Source: Ignavibacteriota bacterium
GTDB taxonomy: Bacteria; Bacteroidota; Ignavibacteria; UBA10030
Assembly (NCBI GenBank): GCA_963727825.1
Contig: CAVSHO010000009.1
Coordinates: 352,001-416,000, forward strand
Length of the DNA: 64,000 nt
Reading direction: 5' to 3'
Shown: positions 29,690 to 40,482 of the stretch, in pieces
How positions within the stretch are numbered: position 1 is the first letter of the stretch
How the letters are laid out: every line of letters begins with the position of its first letter
Made by a program: the position numbers and the translations under genes
The notes under the pieces: generated by a model
The model's input: the letters and a program-made list of their open reading frames with translations, nothing else
What the model was told of the DNA's origin: nothing
Database searches by the model: none

Positions 29690-32446
29690 TCAGGAACATC
29701 CTGATGTGCTTCCACACTCCAGACATTTGTAACACGAGCCGCTTCGAATCATAATGCTTCCGCACTCGTGGCATGGAGGTGCATCGGATTGTGTTTCAAA
29801 TACAAATTTCTCGTTCTTCTCCAGCACCGAGGCAGCTTTTGTCGCCGCAGCATTGAGAATCGCACCCGGTTTTTTCGCAGTCTCTGCACTAATTTTTACA
29901 TCGCTCATTGGCGCCTCACCGCGATCCTCTATAAGGAACTTCTTACCAAGCCATCGGAAAATATAATCGCTAACCGACTTTGCAATCGGTATCTCCGGAT
30001 TGTTAGTAAAACCGGATGGTTCATAGCGCGCGTGGCTGAACTTATCCACCAGCACTTTCAGCGGCACACCGTACTGCAGAGCAATCGAAACAGACGTTGC
30101 CAGAGAATCCATTAATCCGGAAATCGTGGAACCCTCTTTAGACATCGTTATGAACAACTCGCCGGGTGATCCGTCTTCAAACATCCCGACGGTGATATAA
30201 CCTTCGTGGCCGGCAATACTGAATTTGTGCGTGATAGATTGGCGTTCATCCGGCAAATGCCGCCGGGCAGGTTTGTTACTTATCTGCAGTTTTTCCTTTT
30301 TCTTGTCGAGTGAAGTACTGAGAGGCTGTGTACGCTTGCATCCGTCGCGGTATACAGCAATAGCTTTTAATCCAAGTCTCCATGCTTCGGTATACGCTTT
30401 CATGATATCTTCTGCATTCACATCGGTCGGCATGTTCACAGTTTTGGAGATCGCACCGGAAAGGAATGGTTGTGATGCCGCCATCATCTTAATATGCCCC
30501 ATATAGGGAATGAAGCGCTTGCCGTTTGCCGGTTTGAATGCGCAGTCAAATACCCGAAGATGTTCTTCCTTCAAATGCGGCGCACCTTCGATTGTGTCGT
30601 TCTTATCGATATAAGAAATAATGTGTTCAATCTGTTCATCGTCGTAGCCCAATTTCGTGAGTGCTTCCGGCACTGTTTGGTTGACGATCTTCATCAATCC
30701 GCCACCGCTCATCTTTTTATACTTCACAAGAGCGATATCAGGTTCAATTCCTGTGGTGTCACAATCCATCATGAACCCGATTGTGCCTGTCGGAGCAAGA
30801 ACTGTCGTTTGCGAATTGCGGATGCCGTGCATTCGTCCAAGTTCAACAACATCTTTCCATACGTTACACTGCGCTTCCCATAGACTTGGTTCTACCGCAT
30901 TCTTATCGATGCGTTCTGCGTGAATGCCATGTTTCGCCATCACGTTCAACATCGGGTCTTTATTTACTGCGAATCCGCTAAACGGTCCTTGTGCTTGAGC
31001 AATCTTAGCAGATTGTTTGTACGCTTCGCCACTCATTAATGATGTGATAGCAGCGGTTAATGTTCTGCCCTCATCGCTATCGTACGCAACACCGCGGGAC
31101 ATCAGCATTGCGCCGAGGTTTGCATACCCGAGTCCGAGCGGGCGATAGTCGTGGCTGTTTTGCGCAATTGCCGGTGTCGGGTAACTCGAGTTATCAACGG
31201 ACATTTCCATTGCGGTAATTGTAACCTGAATAGCTTTTTTAAACGCTTCCACATCGAGATCGCCGTTTGCCCTACGAAACTTCATCAGGTTCAAAGATGC
31301 AAGGTTGCATGCACTGTCATCAAGGAACATGTACTCGCTGCAAGGATTGGATGAATAAATCGGTGCGGTACCGGAACATGTGTGCCAGTTGTTGATCGTT
31401 GTATCAAATTGAATACCCGGGTCGCCACATATCCATGCTGCATCGGCAATTTGTTTCATCAGATCGCGCGCGCGGAATTTTTCTACCGGCATTCCGCCTT
31501 TTACAGCTTTGGTCCAAAATTCCTTATCTTCCAGAACAGCTTTCATGAATTCATCGCTTACACGAATAGAGTGATTGGCGTTTTGATAGAACACAGAATC
31601 ATACGCGCCGCCTGGAACATTGAATCCACCGTCGTAACCCGCATCGATGAGCGCACAAGCTTTTTTCTCTTCTTCCGCTTTACAATTGATGAAACTGATA
31701 ATATCCGGATGGTCGACATTTAATATTACCATCTTTGCAGCGCGGCGTGTCTTGCCACCGGATTTAATCACGCCTGCAAACGCATCGTACCCTTTCATAA
31801 ACGAAACCGGGCCGGATGCAGTACCGCCGCCGGTAATGCGTTCCTTGGAAGAACGAAGTGTCGAAAGATTAGAACCTGTGCCCGAACCGTACTTAAAGAG
31901 CATACCTTCTGTCTTTGCAAGCTCCAGTATGGAGGTCATTGAATCTTTCACTGAATTAATAAAGCAGGCCGAACATTGCGGCATTTTTTCTACACCCACA
32001 TTAAACCATACCGGGCTGTTGAAGGACATATATTGATTGACGAGAATGAAGACCAGTTCATTATAAAATATTTCTGCGTCTTCTTCCGACGCGAAATAGC
32101 CATCTTTCAAACCCCAGGCATAGTACGATTTTGCAACACGGTCGACAAGCTGACGTATGCTCGTTTCACGCTCTGGAGTACCCATTTGACCATAGAAATA
32201 TTTTGAAACAACAACATTAGTTGCAGTCATTGACCAAAACTTTGGGATTTCTACATCTTTCTGTTCAAAGATTTTTTCACCACGATCATTTGAAATAATT
32301 GCAGTGCGTAGTTCCCATTCAATTTCATTAAAAGGATGAATACCTCGTTTAGTAAAGTACCGCTCAAAACGCAATCCGTGTTTTTCTGTGGCGTGCATAT
32401 TATTATGAGAATCTACCGAAACATTGGCTGGTTGCAAATTCTGCAT
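29690..32446 (-). CDS. nrdJ: Class II (adenosylcobalamin-dependent) ribonucleotide reductase with C-terminal TSCPD/Zn-ribbon
   Basis: QCSACFI, NPCSEY, LGLGYANLG, APTGTIG, GAISKTVN, C-terminal CHECG...CLECGSTSGCS. Confidence 0.95.
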   Translation of the reverse strand: MQNLQPANVSVDSHNNMHATEKHGLRFERYFTKRGIHPFNEIEWELRTAIISNDRGEKIFEQKDVEIPKFWSMTATNVVVSKYFYGQMGTPERETSIRQLVDRVAKSYYAWGLKDGYFASEEDAEIFYNELVFILVNQYMSFNSPVWFNVGVEKMPQCSACFINSVKDSMTSILELAKTEGMLFKYGSGTGSNLSTLRSSKERITGGGTASGPVSFMKGYDAFAGVIKSGGKTRRAAKMVILNVDHPDIISFINCKAEEEKKACALIDAGYDGGFNVPGGAYDSVFYQNANHSIRVSDEFMKAVLEDKEFWTKAVKGGMPVEKFRARDLMKQIADAAWICGDPGIQFDTTINNWHTCSGTAPIYSSNPCSEYMFLDDSACNLASLNLMKFRRANGDLDVEAFKKAIQVTITAMEMSVDNSSYPTPAIAQNSHDYRPLGLGYANLGAMLMSRGVAYDSDEGRTLTAAITSLMSGEAYKQSAKIAQAQGPFSGFAVNKDPMLNVMAKHGIHAERIDKNAVEPSLWEAQCNVWKDVVELGRMHGIRNSQTTVLAPTGTIGFMMDCDTTGIEPDIALVKYKKMSGGGLMKIVNQTVPEALTKLGYDDEQIEHIISYIDKNDTIEGAPHLKEEHLRVFDCAFKPANGKRFIPYMGHIKMMAASQPFLSGAISKTVNMPTDVNAEDIMKAYTEAWRLGLKAIAVYRDGCKRTQPLSTSLDKKKEKLQISNKPARRHLPDERQSITHKFSIAGHEGYITVGMFEDGSPGELFITMSKEGSTISGLMDSLATSVSIALQYGVPLKVLVDKFSHARYEPSGFTNNPEIPIAKSVSDYIFRWLGKKFLIEDRGEAPMSDVKISAETAKKPGAILNAAATKAASVLEKNEKFVFETQSDAPPCHECGSIMIRSGSCYKCLECGSTSGCS

Positions 32447-32652
32447 TTGTGACTCCTTACCCCAATAAAGTGCAGCGAAGCGTTATTAATAAAAGACAAT
32501 AAATCGACAAGCGCGCCTCACGACGGCTTAACGTACTTAATCTCAATTTTCAAATTACAAGTGATGACAAAACAAATGGGTGGTAATTGCACACCACGAA
32601 TTAAGAGTAAAAAACTGTACCATTTTTAGATTTTTTTTAGTGTGCAACTGGT

Positions 32653-32685
32653 TGTAAATATATTGGGTTGCAGTCCCTTTGTCAA
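32653..32685 (-). promoter_or_regulatory. Sigma70-type promoter for nrdJ with overlapping NrdR-box-like site
   Basis: Minus strand TTGACA-17nt-TATATT; ACCCAATATATTTACA resembles the NrdR box consensus and overlaps the -10. Confidence 0.55.
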
Positions 32686-33094
32686 GTTAAATTTGAAGTG
32701 AAAAAAAATCACTTTTAAAGAGTAAAAAAAACACTTGACAAGAAAAATATTATTAATATGTAAACTGATTCTTATTCTTGTTATATAAACATCTCAGCTT
32801 TCACGATGTCCGTCTAAAAGCGACTTGAATTCATTCTATACAGTCATAGTATAAAATCAATTATTATTTCTAAACACCAAACAGGTTAAAAAAGTTCTCT
32901 GATTTTAGAGGCGGCATGGGAAACACAGAAATATTTTATCTCTCCTTAAGAAAGATAGAAAAGAAAAACGCATTAAAGAAATGATATCTTAGATAGGGTT
33001 ATTCGGAAGTTTGCAAAGAGAATAAAACGAAGGATTAAGCTGGTTGGTTAGCTAATTATCCTCCACTTTGTACTAATTTAGGATCGTTGTAAGA

Positions 33095-33658
33095 TCATTT
33101 TGAAATTGAAATACGCACCAATTTCCTTTGAACAATCATATCTGGCACAATCCACGCATCGCGATATCCCTTTTCAACAAACTCCGGCAATCGCTGATTG
33201 GCTTCATAACGATTTACAAAATCTCCAATTCGCACTTTATACACCGGTGCATCGTACACAACATAAATTGAGTCACCTACAAATTTCTCCAGTGCGAGAT
33301 TCTTCATCAACGATATTTCATCCACATTGGAGGATGAAAATATCTGGATGCGGAATCCTTGCACGACTTCTTCCTGAACAACCATACTGTCTTTAGGAAT
33401 TTCCAAGGGGCTCTGCACTTTCTTTTCCTCACTGCGCGCCTTTTGCGCAATCTCAATCTCTTGATCATATTCAACAGGGTTGAGTGTTATTTCATATTCA
33501 GAAATTGGAATTTTCTTCTCCTTTATTTGTCCGTTTTTTACTCTCTTATCCGGCAGAGATGATTTCGATGAAGAACAGCCAACAATGAGTACTGTAAATA
33601 AAATGATTCCAAAAAACAATATTCCACTGGTTTTTACGGGATGAAGTTGATCCAGCAT
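33095..33658 (-). CDS. SPOR-domain lipoprotein
   Basis: Lipobox IVGC; GFRIQIF...YKVRIGDF...AWIV. Confidence 0.82.
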   Translation of the reverse strand: MLDQLHPVKTSGILFFGIILFTVLIVGCSSSKSSLPDKRVKNGQIKEKKIPISEYEITLNPVEYDQEIEIAQKARSEEKKVQSPLEIPKDSMVVQEEVVQGFRIQIFSSSNVDEISLMKNLALEKFVGDSIYVVYDAPVYKVRIGDFVNRYEANQRLPEFVEKGYRDAWIVPDMIVQRKLVRISISK

Positions 33659-34212
33659 GACTTGTACTCATCAGAATATTTCTGTGTTAAAGAATCGTAA
33701 AGAGCAAATGCATCTTTTCGATTTTCATACCTACCGATACTGACACGGTATAGTTTTGCACGCTTGACAAAAATATTAAATACCGGCTGGGATGCAAAAC
33801 GTTCCTTAGCTTTCTTTTGTGCACGCAATGCATTTGTTACCCGACTAAAAGCACCGACCTGCACAGTGAACACCGGATGCTCTGGGCGAACAATCTTGAT
33901 AATCGAATGTAAAGAGGATTTGGACTTTGTAACTATAGACGCACGCAAAGTATCTTGCCGTGATCTGAATTTCGGAGCAACCCGCGGTTTTTTTATTTGT
34001 GCAATCTTCATAGAATCAATTTTTGATTCAAAAGTAGTGTCTGGCATAATTGCACGATGCGCCACACGATGTGTTGTATCGATTGGACCAAAAATTTGTA
34101 CGGGATTTTTTGTTCGATTGCCTCCACCGGTTTCTTCAGAAGGAACACAGCCAACGAGCACCAGCGCTGCGCCGACAGAAAATAAAATAAACGTAAGGAG
34201 CCGTTGAATCAC
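33634..34212 (-). CDS. SPOR-domain lipoprotein
   Basis: Lipobox LVGC; FTVQVGAFS...NA...YRVSIGRY. Confidence 0.82.
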   Translation of the reverse strand: MIQRLLTFILFSVGAALVLVGCVPSEETGGGNRTKNPVQIFGPIDTTHRVAHRAIMPDTTFESKIDSMKIAQIKKPRVAPKFRSRQDTLRASIVTKSKSSLHSIIKIVRPEHPVFTVQVGAFSRVTNALRAQKKAKERFASQPVFNIFVKRAKLYRVSIGRYENRKDAFALYDSLTQKYSDEYKSCWINFIP

Positions 34213-34228
34213 TACGTACCGCTTTCAA

Positions 34229-35104
34229 TTATGTGGATGGTAAGGTTACCTTTTCCCCGGTGACAATCTTGACACTCGCACTCGCGCCAATGCGATCAGC
34301 GCCGCTTGCAATAAGAGCACGTGCTTCTTCCTGCGATCGCACTCCCCCTGATGCCTTGACTCCTAATTCCGGACCAACAACTTTCCTCATCAACGCGATA
34401 TCGCCGACAGTCGCCCCACCTTTTACAAATCCAGTCGAAGTTTTCACAAAGTCTGCTCCGGCATGTTTCGCCAGCATACAGGCTTTCACTTTTTCTTCAT
34501 CGGTCAACAGTCCGGTTTCAATAATCACCTTAGCAAGCACTCCATAACTATGTGCTACGCTAACGACTGAAAGAATATCTTCTTCTACATAATTATACTC
34601 GCCCGACTTCAGCATCCCGATATTGATTACCATATCCACTTCACGCGCGCCGTCTTTGATTGCCCGATCTGTCTCAAACGCTTTTGCCGCACTCGAAGTT
34701 GCTCCCAACGGGAAACCAATAACAGTACAAACTTTTACATCCGTATCACGTAAAAGTCCCGCGCAAAGCTTTACATTTGATGGATTAATACAAACGCTTG
34801 CAAATCCGTATTGTTTTGCTTCAGAGCAGAGTTTTTCGATTTCCTTTTGCGTCGCATCTGGCCTCAGAAGTGTATGGTCAATCATCCGTGCAAGGTCGGG
34901 ATCGAAGGTATTCTCCTCCAGCCCAATACCTGTAGAGATTCGGTCTGCACCACTTTGAACGATATTTTTCACGCCATCTTTATTATGGATGACGCAAAGA
35001 TTATCTGTGCAAATGCCGTCCTTAGTGCAAGTGTAAGCATTTGTCTCGTTTAGTACCTGTTCGATAAGATGAAGAATTGTTTGCTTATCCATTCTCTTTT
35101 CCAC
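34229..35104 (-). CDS. deoC: Deoxyribose-phosphate aldolase with N-terminal extension
   Basis: [45 protein letters not shown]. Confidence 0.96.
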   Translation of the reverse strand: MEKRMDKQTILHLIEQVLNETNAYTCTKDGICTDNLCVIHNKDGVKNIVQSGADRISTGIGLEENTFDPDLARMIDHTLLRPDATQKEIEKLCSEAKQYGFASVCINPSNVKLCAGLLRDTDVKVCTVIGFPLGATSSAAKAFETDRAIKDGAREVDMVINIGMLKSGEYNYVEEDILSVVSVAHSYGVLAKVIIETGLLTDEEKVKACMLAKHAGADFVKTSTGFVKGGATVGDIALMRKVVGPELGVKASGGVRSQEEARALIASGADRIGASASVKIVTGEKVTLPST

Positions 35105-35298
35105 AGCATTTTCAAAAAAACCGTCTGTGTCAATATACGAGAATTATTTTGAGTTACAAGAGTCTTAATTGTTAAGTCGATTAAGTCCTATTTTTCGAAG
35201 AAAAATATTATGTTTGCAAACAAGTTCAATATAAAGTGCAAGTCATTGTCTAAGTCTCAAGCAAAACAATATGTCAACATGTTATTGGCGGAAAATGA

Positions 35299-36222
35299 TT
35301 ATTCGAACAACTCACCAGTTTCAATTTCATAGCCGCGAAGAAATTCTTCTATGCCGAGACGGCGTTTCCCTTCTTGCTGAATTTCGAGAATAGATACAGC
35401 GCCATCTCCAGTTCCGATGAGTAGTGTGTCATTCGTTCGCTGAAGAACAATCCCTGCTGTTTTCAATTGTGTTTCTGCAATTTTTACACGATATATTTTA
35501 ATTGTCTTGCCTTTATGTGTTGTCCAAGAAGCTGGCTGTGGTGAAAGTCCTCTAATAAAATCATGAATCTGATGCGATGATTTCTTCCAATCAATACGAC
35601 AATTATTTTTGAAAATCTTTGGTGCAGGACATGCCAGTGAATCATTTTGAATATGTGGTTGTGCCTTACCAAGTTCGATCAGCCGGACAGTTTGAAGAAC
35701 AATTTCAGCACCGACTTCAGAAAGTGTGTCATGCAATTCGCCGGCGGTTTCATCCGCACCGATTTTTACACGCGCTTGTAGAAGCACAGCGCCTGTATCC
35801 ACTTTATCCTGCAGAAAAAATGTTGTAACACCAGATTCTTTTTCGCCGTTGATAATCGCCCAGTTAATCGGAGCCGCGCCGCGGTACCTCGGCAGAAGTG
35901 ACGCATGAAGATTAAAAGAACCGAGCTTTGGAATTGTGTATACTTCTCGCGGTAAGACCCGAAAGGCTACTATTACGATGAGGTCGGGCGCAAGTTCCTG
36001 AACGCCTGAAATAAAATCTGAATCTTTAAGATTTTCAGGTTGAAGAATCGAAAGACGACGATAAAGTGCGAATTCTTTTACCGGTGTGAAAGACATTTGC
36101 TGACCACGCCCTCTCGGTTTATCAGGCGCTGTCACAACAGCTGAAATCTCATATGAATGATCAAGAAGGATACGAAGACTTGGGACAGCAAATTCCGGTG
36201 TGCCCATAAAAAGGATTCGCAT
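35299..36222 (-). CDS. fmt: Methionyl-tRNA formyltransferase
   Basis: FMGTPEFA, NLHASLLPRYRGAAPINWA. Confidence 0.97.
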   Translation of the reverse strand: MRILFMGTPEFAVPSLRILLDHSYEISAVVTAPDKPRGRGQQMSFTPVKEFALYRRLSILQPENLKDSDFISGVQELAPDLIVIVAFRVLPREVYTIPKLGSFNLHASLLPRYRGAAPINWAIINGEKESGVTTFFLQDKVDTGAVLLQARVKIGADETAGELHDTLSEVGAEIVLQTVRLIELGKAQPHIQNDSLACPAPKIFKNNCRIDWKKSSHQIHDFIRGLSPQPASWTTHKGKTIKIYRVKIAETQLKTAGIVLQRTNDTLLIGTGDGAVSILEIQQEGKRRLGIEEFLRGYEIETGELFE

Positions 36223-36226
36223 GTTT

Positions 36227-36823
36227 TTATTCCTCCTTTGCCGTCACCACCGGATAATCCACTTCGATTTCTCCTTTTCGTATCTTTCTTAATTTTGGCA
36301 GCAACAAGCTCCGTTTTGTCTTGCTTACACGATCCACAAAAAGTATCCCATTAAGATGATCTAACTCATGAAGAATGACACGCGCAAGTAATCCATCGGC
36401 AAGCAGATCTTGTTCTTTGAATTCGGCATCATGAAAACGAACACGTACCTTCTCTGCACGTTCTACTTCCCCGCGTAGATTTGGAAGGCTAAGGCATCCT
36501 TCTTCCATCAACCACTTACCTTCTTCACTAATAATTTCAGGATTAATCAATGTCAGTGTTCTCGGAAGATGGGGCGACGTAGGATGCATTGTATCTTCTG
36601 TTTCGCCCTCGGCATTTGGCTCAGTTACATCTGAAATATCTATGGTGATAACACGCCGAAGATCGCCCACCTGCGTTGCTGCAAGGCCAAGACCGTTGGC
36701 CTCATGCATTGTCTCAAACATATCGTATATAAGCTTGACAGTCGAGTCATCTAACAATTCTATCGGCTTGGCTGTTTTCTTTAGAATTTTTGTTCCGAAA
36801 AGATAAATTGGAAGAATAGACAT
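36227..36823 (-). CDS. def: Peptide deformylase
   Basis: GLGLAATQVG, EGCLS, HELDHLNG. Confidence 0.97.
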   Translation of the reverse strand: MSILPIYLFGTKILKKTAKPIELLDDSTVKLIYDMFETMHEANGLGLAATQVGDLRRVITIDISDVTEPNAEGETEDTMHPTSPHLPRTLTLINPEIISEEGKWLMEEGCLSLPNLRGEVERAEKVRVRFHDAEFKEQDLLADGLLARVILHELDHLNGILFVDRVSKTKRSLLLPKLRKIRKGEIEVDYPVVTAKEE

Positions 36824-36927
36824 GCGTGCGAACCTTTGTTAATCCTGGTTTTTTATAATTATGATTTTAAAAAATCCTAATTGAATTCCCTACATGTTAT
36901 TTGCGTTTTACAACCTGTAATCTGCAA

Positions 36928-37548
36928 TTAGTTATTAACAATCCGACGCGCTGTCTCAAACCGCTTAGAAAAGTATGAACTTTGCAGTGAAGAAATCGTT
37001 ACGCCAAATGAGACACTCGCATGCGCAAAGAGATCGTCTCCCAAATAAATACCAACGTGAGATGCGCTTTCCCCATTAGTATTGAAGAAAATCAAATCAC
37101 CAAACTTCAAATCACTTAATTCGACTGCCTTGCCAAGCTTCGATTGTTCCGCGCTGGAGCGTGGAAGCAGTTTGCCGATAGAATTCTTGTACACCGTCAT
37201 TGTATAACCCGAGCAATCCATTCCATCTGGTCCGGCGCCGCCAAGCACGTATGGTACACCCATAAATTTTGAAATCTCCCGCATCATCTTGCTCTGATCA
37301 AGTGGTTTAAGAGCTTCGTTTTTTTCCTTCCGAAAATCACGTGTGCCGCTGGTCACGCGTTCAATTTCTTTCACATCCGGCTTTTTATCATTCTCTTTAT
37401 TTTCCTCTTCCGCTTCCTTTGACGAGAAACGCGTACCATGAGTCGATCCTGTCTCTGTATGCGAAGATTTTTTTCCTTCACTGCCAAATCGTGGAGATGA
37501 TGTGCCGCATCCTTCAAGTACGAAGATTGAAATAGAAATTCCAATCAC
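36928..37548 (-). CDS. NlpC/P60 (C40) peptidase lipoprotein
   Basis: Lipobox LEGC, GVPY..GG, DCSG, LPRSS, GDLIFF, HVGIY, HAS. Confidence 0.92.
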   Translation of the reverse strand: MIGISISIFVLEGCGTSSPRFGSEGKKSSHTETGSTHGTRFSSKEAEEENKENDKKPDVKEIERVTSGTRDFRKEKNEALKPLDQSKMMREISKFMGVPYVLGGAGPDGMDCSGYTMTVYKNSIGKLLPRSSAEQSKLGKAVELSDLKFGDLIFFNTNGESASHVGIYLGDDLFAHASVSFGVTISSLQSSYFSKRFETARRIVNN

Positions 37549-37597
37549 GTAAAATATTGAACGTTTTAAGCCGATGAAGAAAATGCTTTCTTTATGA

Positions 37598-37620
37598 CAA
37601 AGCCCCGCACACGCGGGGCC
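37598..37620 (-). terminator. Intrinsic terminator after the sigma factor gene
   Basis: Minus strand GCCCCGCGTGTGCGGGGC-TTTG. Confidence 0.55.
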
Positions 37621-37670
37621 TGTTATGGATTCTAACCAAAATGTTGTTCGTGTGCCAATAAGTTTTCTAT

Positions 37671-38528
37671 TTATCCAAGATATGCGCGCAACGCTTTGCT
37701 TCTAGATGCATGCCGCAAGCGGCGAATTGCTTTTTCTTTAATCTGCCGAACTCGTTCACGAGTCAAGTTAAATTTTTCTCCGATTTCTTCAAGCGTGAGC
37801 GAATGCTCAGAATCGAGGCCGAAATAGAGTTTGATAACCTGCGATTCGCGTTCGCTCAGTGTCGCCAATGCACGCTTCACCTCATTCTTCAACGATTCTT
37901 CTAAAAGGCCGGAGTCTGGAGTCGGCTGACGATTATCCTGAATAACATCGAGCAAACGATTATCTTCACCTTGTGCAAATGGCGCATCCATCGATAAATG
38001 TCTGCCGGAAATTTTTAGCGTGTCGGAAACTTCAAAGAGCGACATATCTAATTCTTCCGCCAACTCACTCGCACTCGGCTCACGTTCAAATTCTTGTTCC
38101 AGTGTACTAAATGCCTTGCCAATCTTGTTCAAAGCACCTACACGATTGAGCGGTAAGCGCACAATGCGCGATTGTTCCGCCAGTGCCTGAAGAATTGATT
38201 GTCGAATCCACCATACGGCATACGAAATAAATTTGAATCCGCGCGTTTCGTCAAAACGCTTTGCAGCCTTTATAAGACCAAGATTGCCTTCGTTAATCAA
38301 GTCGCCGAGCGACAATCCCTGGTTTTGATACTGCTTTGCTACGCTGACAACAAAGCGAAGGTTTGCCTTTGTCAATTTCTCCAGCGCTTTTTGATCGCCT
38401 TTTTTGATACGTCGGGCGAGATCAATCTCCTCCTGCGGCACTAATAATTCAACTTTGCCAATTTCTTGAAGATATTTATCTAACGATTGGCTTTCACGAT
38501 TCGTATATTGTTTGCTTATTTTCACCAT
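37671..38528 (-). CDS. rpoD: RpoD/SigA-family primary sigma factor (short Bacteroidota type)
   Basis: [50 protein letters not shown]; no region 1.1. Confidence 0.93.
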   Translation of the reverse strand: MVKISKQYTNRESQSLDKYLQEIGKVELLVPQEEIDLARRIKKGDQKALEKLTKANLRFVVSVAKQYQNQGLSLGDLINEGNLGLIKAAKRFDETRGFKFISYAVWWIRQSILQALAEQSRIVRLPLNRVGALNKIGKAFSTLEQEFEREPSASELAEELDMSLFEVSDTLKISGRHLSMDAPFAQGEDNRLLDVIQDNRQPTPDSGLLEESLKNEVKRALATLSERESQVIKLYFGLDSEHSLTLEEIGEKFNLTRERVRQIKEKAIRRLRHASRSKALRAYLG

Positions 38529-38636
38529 TGACTCTTTTACCAAAATTTAACTTTTGTTTCCCGTCCGGCTCTTGGCTGGACTACGGGTGTTCCAGCGATA
38601 GTTTCTATTTATTAACATTAAAGGAGGATGGAAAGT

Positions 38637-38909
38637 TCACGACCGCTGAAGATCGATCCTATCCACTATCCCGACAATACTTGCATCTACCGGCGCCATT
38701 TCTACCGGTAATGGAATTACCGCTTCGCGTGATGTGATATAAAAAACTGTTTCGCTCTGTCCGGCCCCAACAGTATCTACTGCTATAATCGGAGAGCCTG
38801 CTTGCTCGCGTTTTGCGTTCAACGGCTGAATGATCTGAAGTTTAAAACTCTTCATATTTTCATCCTTTCGCGTTGCCCACAGAGTTCCAATTACCTTTGC
38901 AAAAAACAT
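38637..38909 (-). CDS. EutN/CcmL-family microcompartment vertex (BMC-P) protein
   Basis: AKVIGTLWATRK...AVDTVGAG...PVDASIVGIVD. Confidence 0.92.
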   Translation of the reverse strand: MFFAKVIGTLWATRKDENMKSFKLQIIQPLNAKREQAGSPIIAVDTVGAGQSETVFYITSREAVIPLPVEMAPVDASIVGIVDRIDLQRS

Positions 38910-38921
38910 GCCCGCCTCGCA

Positions 38922-39191
38922 TTACTCAGATACATCTAATTTATCAACCACCGCCATAATGACGGCGTCCACGGGTTTATTTTTTGTAACTGCCGTTTGG
39001 CGCGCAGAACTTCCTGATGCCACGAGCACGATGTCGCCAACACCCGCTTGCACGGTATCGACGGCAACAACAAATGAATCTTTGAGCTTATAATCTAAAT
39101 CAACATGCTTGACAATTTGAAGCTTCATCCCGACCATCTCTTCGTCTTTGCGTGTTGCCCAAATCGTGCCAATGACTTTTCCAAGAATCAT
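38922..39191 (-). CDS. EutN/CcmL-family microcompartment vertex (BMC-P) protein
   Basis: GKVIGTIWATRK...AVDTVQAGVGD.VLV..GSSAR...PVDAVIMAVVD. Confidence 0.93.
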   Translation of the reverse strand: MILGKVIGTIWATRKDEEMVGMKLQIVKHVDLDYKLKDSFVVAVDTVQAGVGDIVLVASGSSARQTAVTKNKPVDAVIMAVVDKLDVSE

Positions 39192-39255
39192 GATTCACCT
39201 GTTTATTAGACTCTGCAATCGGTATATTGTTTCCTTTTACAGCGCATCTTTCGTC

Positions 39256-40446
39256 TTATAAAATGTTTGCTAGAAAACTTTGACCGGAAAGCGATCGAGC
39301 ATTTGCGGCGTCAAAGAACTCTGCTATAGTCTTGCCAATATCAGCAAACGAATTACGAACACCGAGATTTACATTCTTCTTGCCTGACTTTGTATAGCAC
39401 AACAATGGAACATATTCTCGCGTGTGATCCGTGCTCTGATCTGTCGGATCGTTGCCGTGATCGGCAGTCAAAATCAGCATATCATTATCACCTATGCACT
39501 TCTGGATTTCAGGAAGCTTCGCATCAAACTCTTCAAGTGCTTTGGCATATCCTTTTGCATCTTGGCGATGACCAAAGAGCATATCGAAGTCAACTAAGTT
39601 TGCCATTAAAAATCCGGATTGCATTGATCTTCCAACTTTAATAATTTCTTCGATGCCTTCTGCATTGGACTTGACATGAATCTTTTCCTGCAATCCGCGA
39701 CCACTAAACAAGTCATCTATCTTACCAATGCCGATTGTTGTTACGCTGCTTGCATATAAAACATCCAGCACGGTTTCTGCCGGGGGTTGAACTGCATAAT
39801 CTCGTCTATACGGTGTACGCGTGTAGTTGCCGGTTACTCCGATGAATGGACGAGCAATCACGCGGCCAACACGATACTCATCTACTACGACTTGGTCACG
39901 TGTTTTTTGACAAATCTCATAGAGACGCTCTAATGGAATTACATCCTGATGTGCAGCAATTTGGAAAACAGAATCACCGGATGTATATACAATCGGAAAA
40001 CCAGTGCGCACATGCTCATCGCCCAACTCTTTGATGATCTCTGTGCCAGATGCCGGCTTGTTGCCTAAATATCCATTGCATCCAGTGACACGAAGAAACT
40101 TCTCAAGCAATTTTTTCGGAAAACCATTCGGATATAATGGAAATGCTTGTCGAGTAATAATGCCAGCTATTTCCCAATGTCCAGTTGTACTGTCTTTGCC
40201 ATTCGACGCTTCAGCCATTTTGCCGAAGCAACCAATTGCATCCTTGTTTTTTGAAACACCATTTATATTCGTAATGTTTCCAAGTCCAAGTGCTGCCAGA
40301 TTTGGTAATCGCAGTCCGCCTACTTGCTGAGCAATGTGAGAGATCGTATTAGTTCCTTTGTCTCCATAAGCTCCGGCGTCGGGTAATTCACCAACACCAA
40401 CACTATCTAAAACTATGAGTATAAGTTTCGTCTGCTTCAACCTCAT
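39256..40446 (-). CDS. deoB: Phosphopentomutase
   Basis: LIVLDSVGVG, GKDSTTGHWE, RVIARPF, NLVDFD..FGHR, TADHGNDP, DHTRE. Confidence 0.96.
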   Translation of the reverse strand: MRLKQTKLILIVLDSVGVGELPDAGAYGDKGTNTISHIAQQVGGLRLPNLAALGLGNITNINGVSKNKDAIGCFGKMAEASNGKDSTTGHWEIAGIITRQAFPLYPNGFPKKLLEKFLRVTGCNGYLGNKPASGTEIIKELGDEHVRTGFPIVYTSGDSVFQIAAHQDVIPLERLYEICQKTRDQVVVDEYRVGRVIARPFIGVTGNYTRTPYRRDYAVQPPAETVLDVLYASSVTTIGIGKIDDLFSGRGLQEKIHVKSNAEGIEEIIKVGRSMQSGFLMANLVDFDMLFGHRQDAKGYAKALEEFDAKLPEIQKCIGDNDMLILTADHGNDPTDQSTDHTREYVPLLCYTKSGKKNVNLGVRNSFADIGKTIAEFFDAANARSLSGQSFLANIL

Positions 40447-40482
40447 CTGAAATTTTCTCTACGAGGATTGCGCATTGAACTA

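Noticed and set aside
32450-33090. Cobalamin riboswitch or ncRNA in the long intergenic region upstream of nrdJ
   Set aside because: AT-rich with no recognisable B12-box or GGGAA core; only promoter-like motifs seen.
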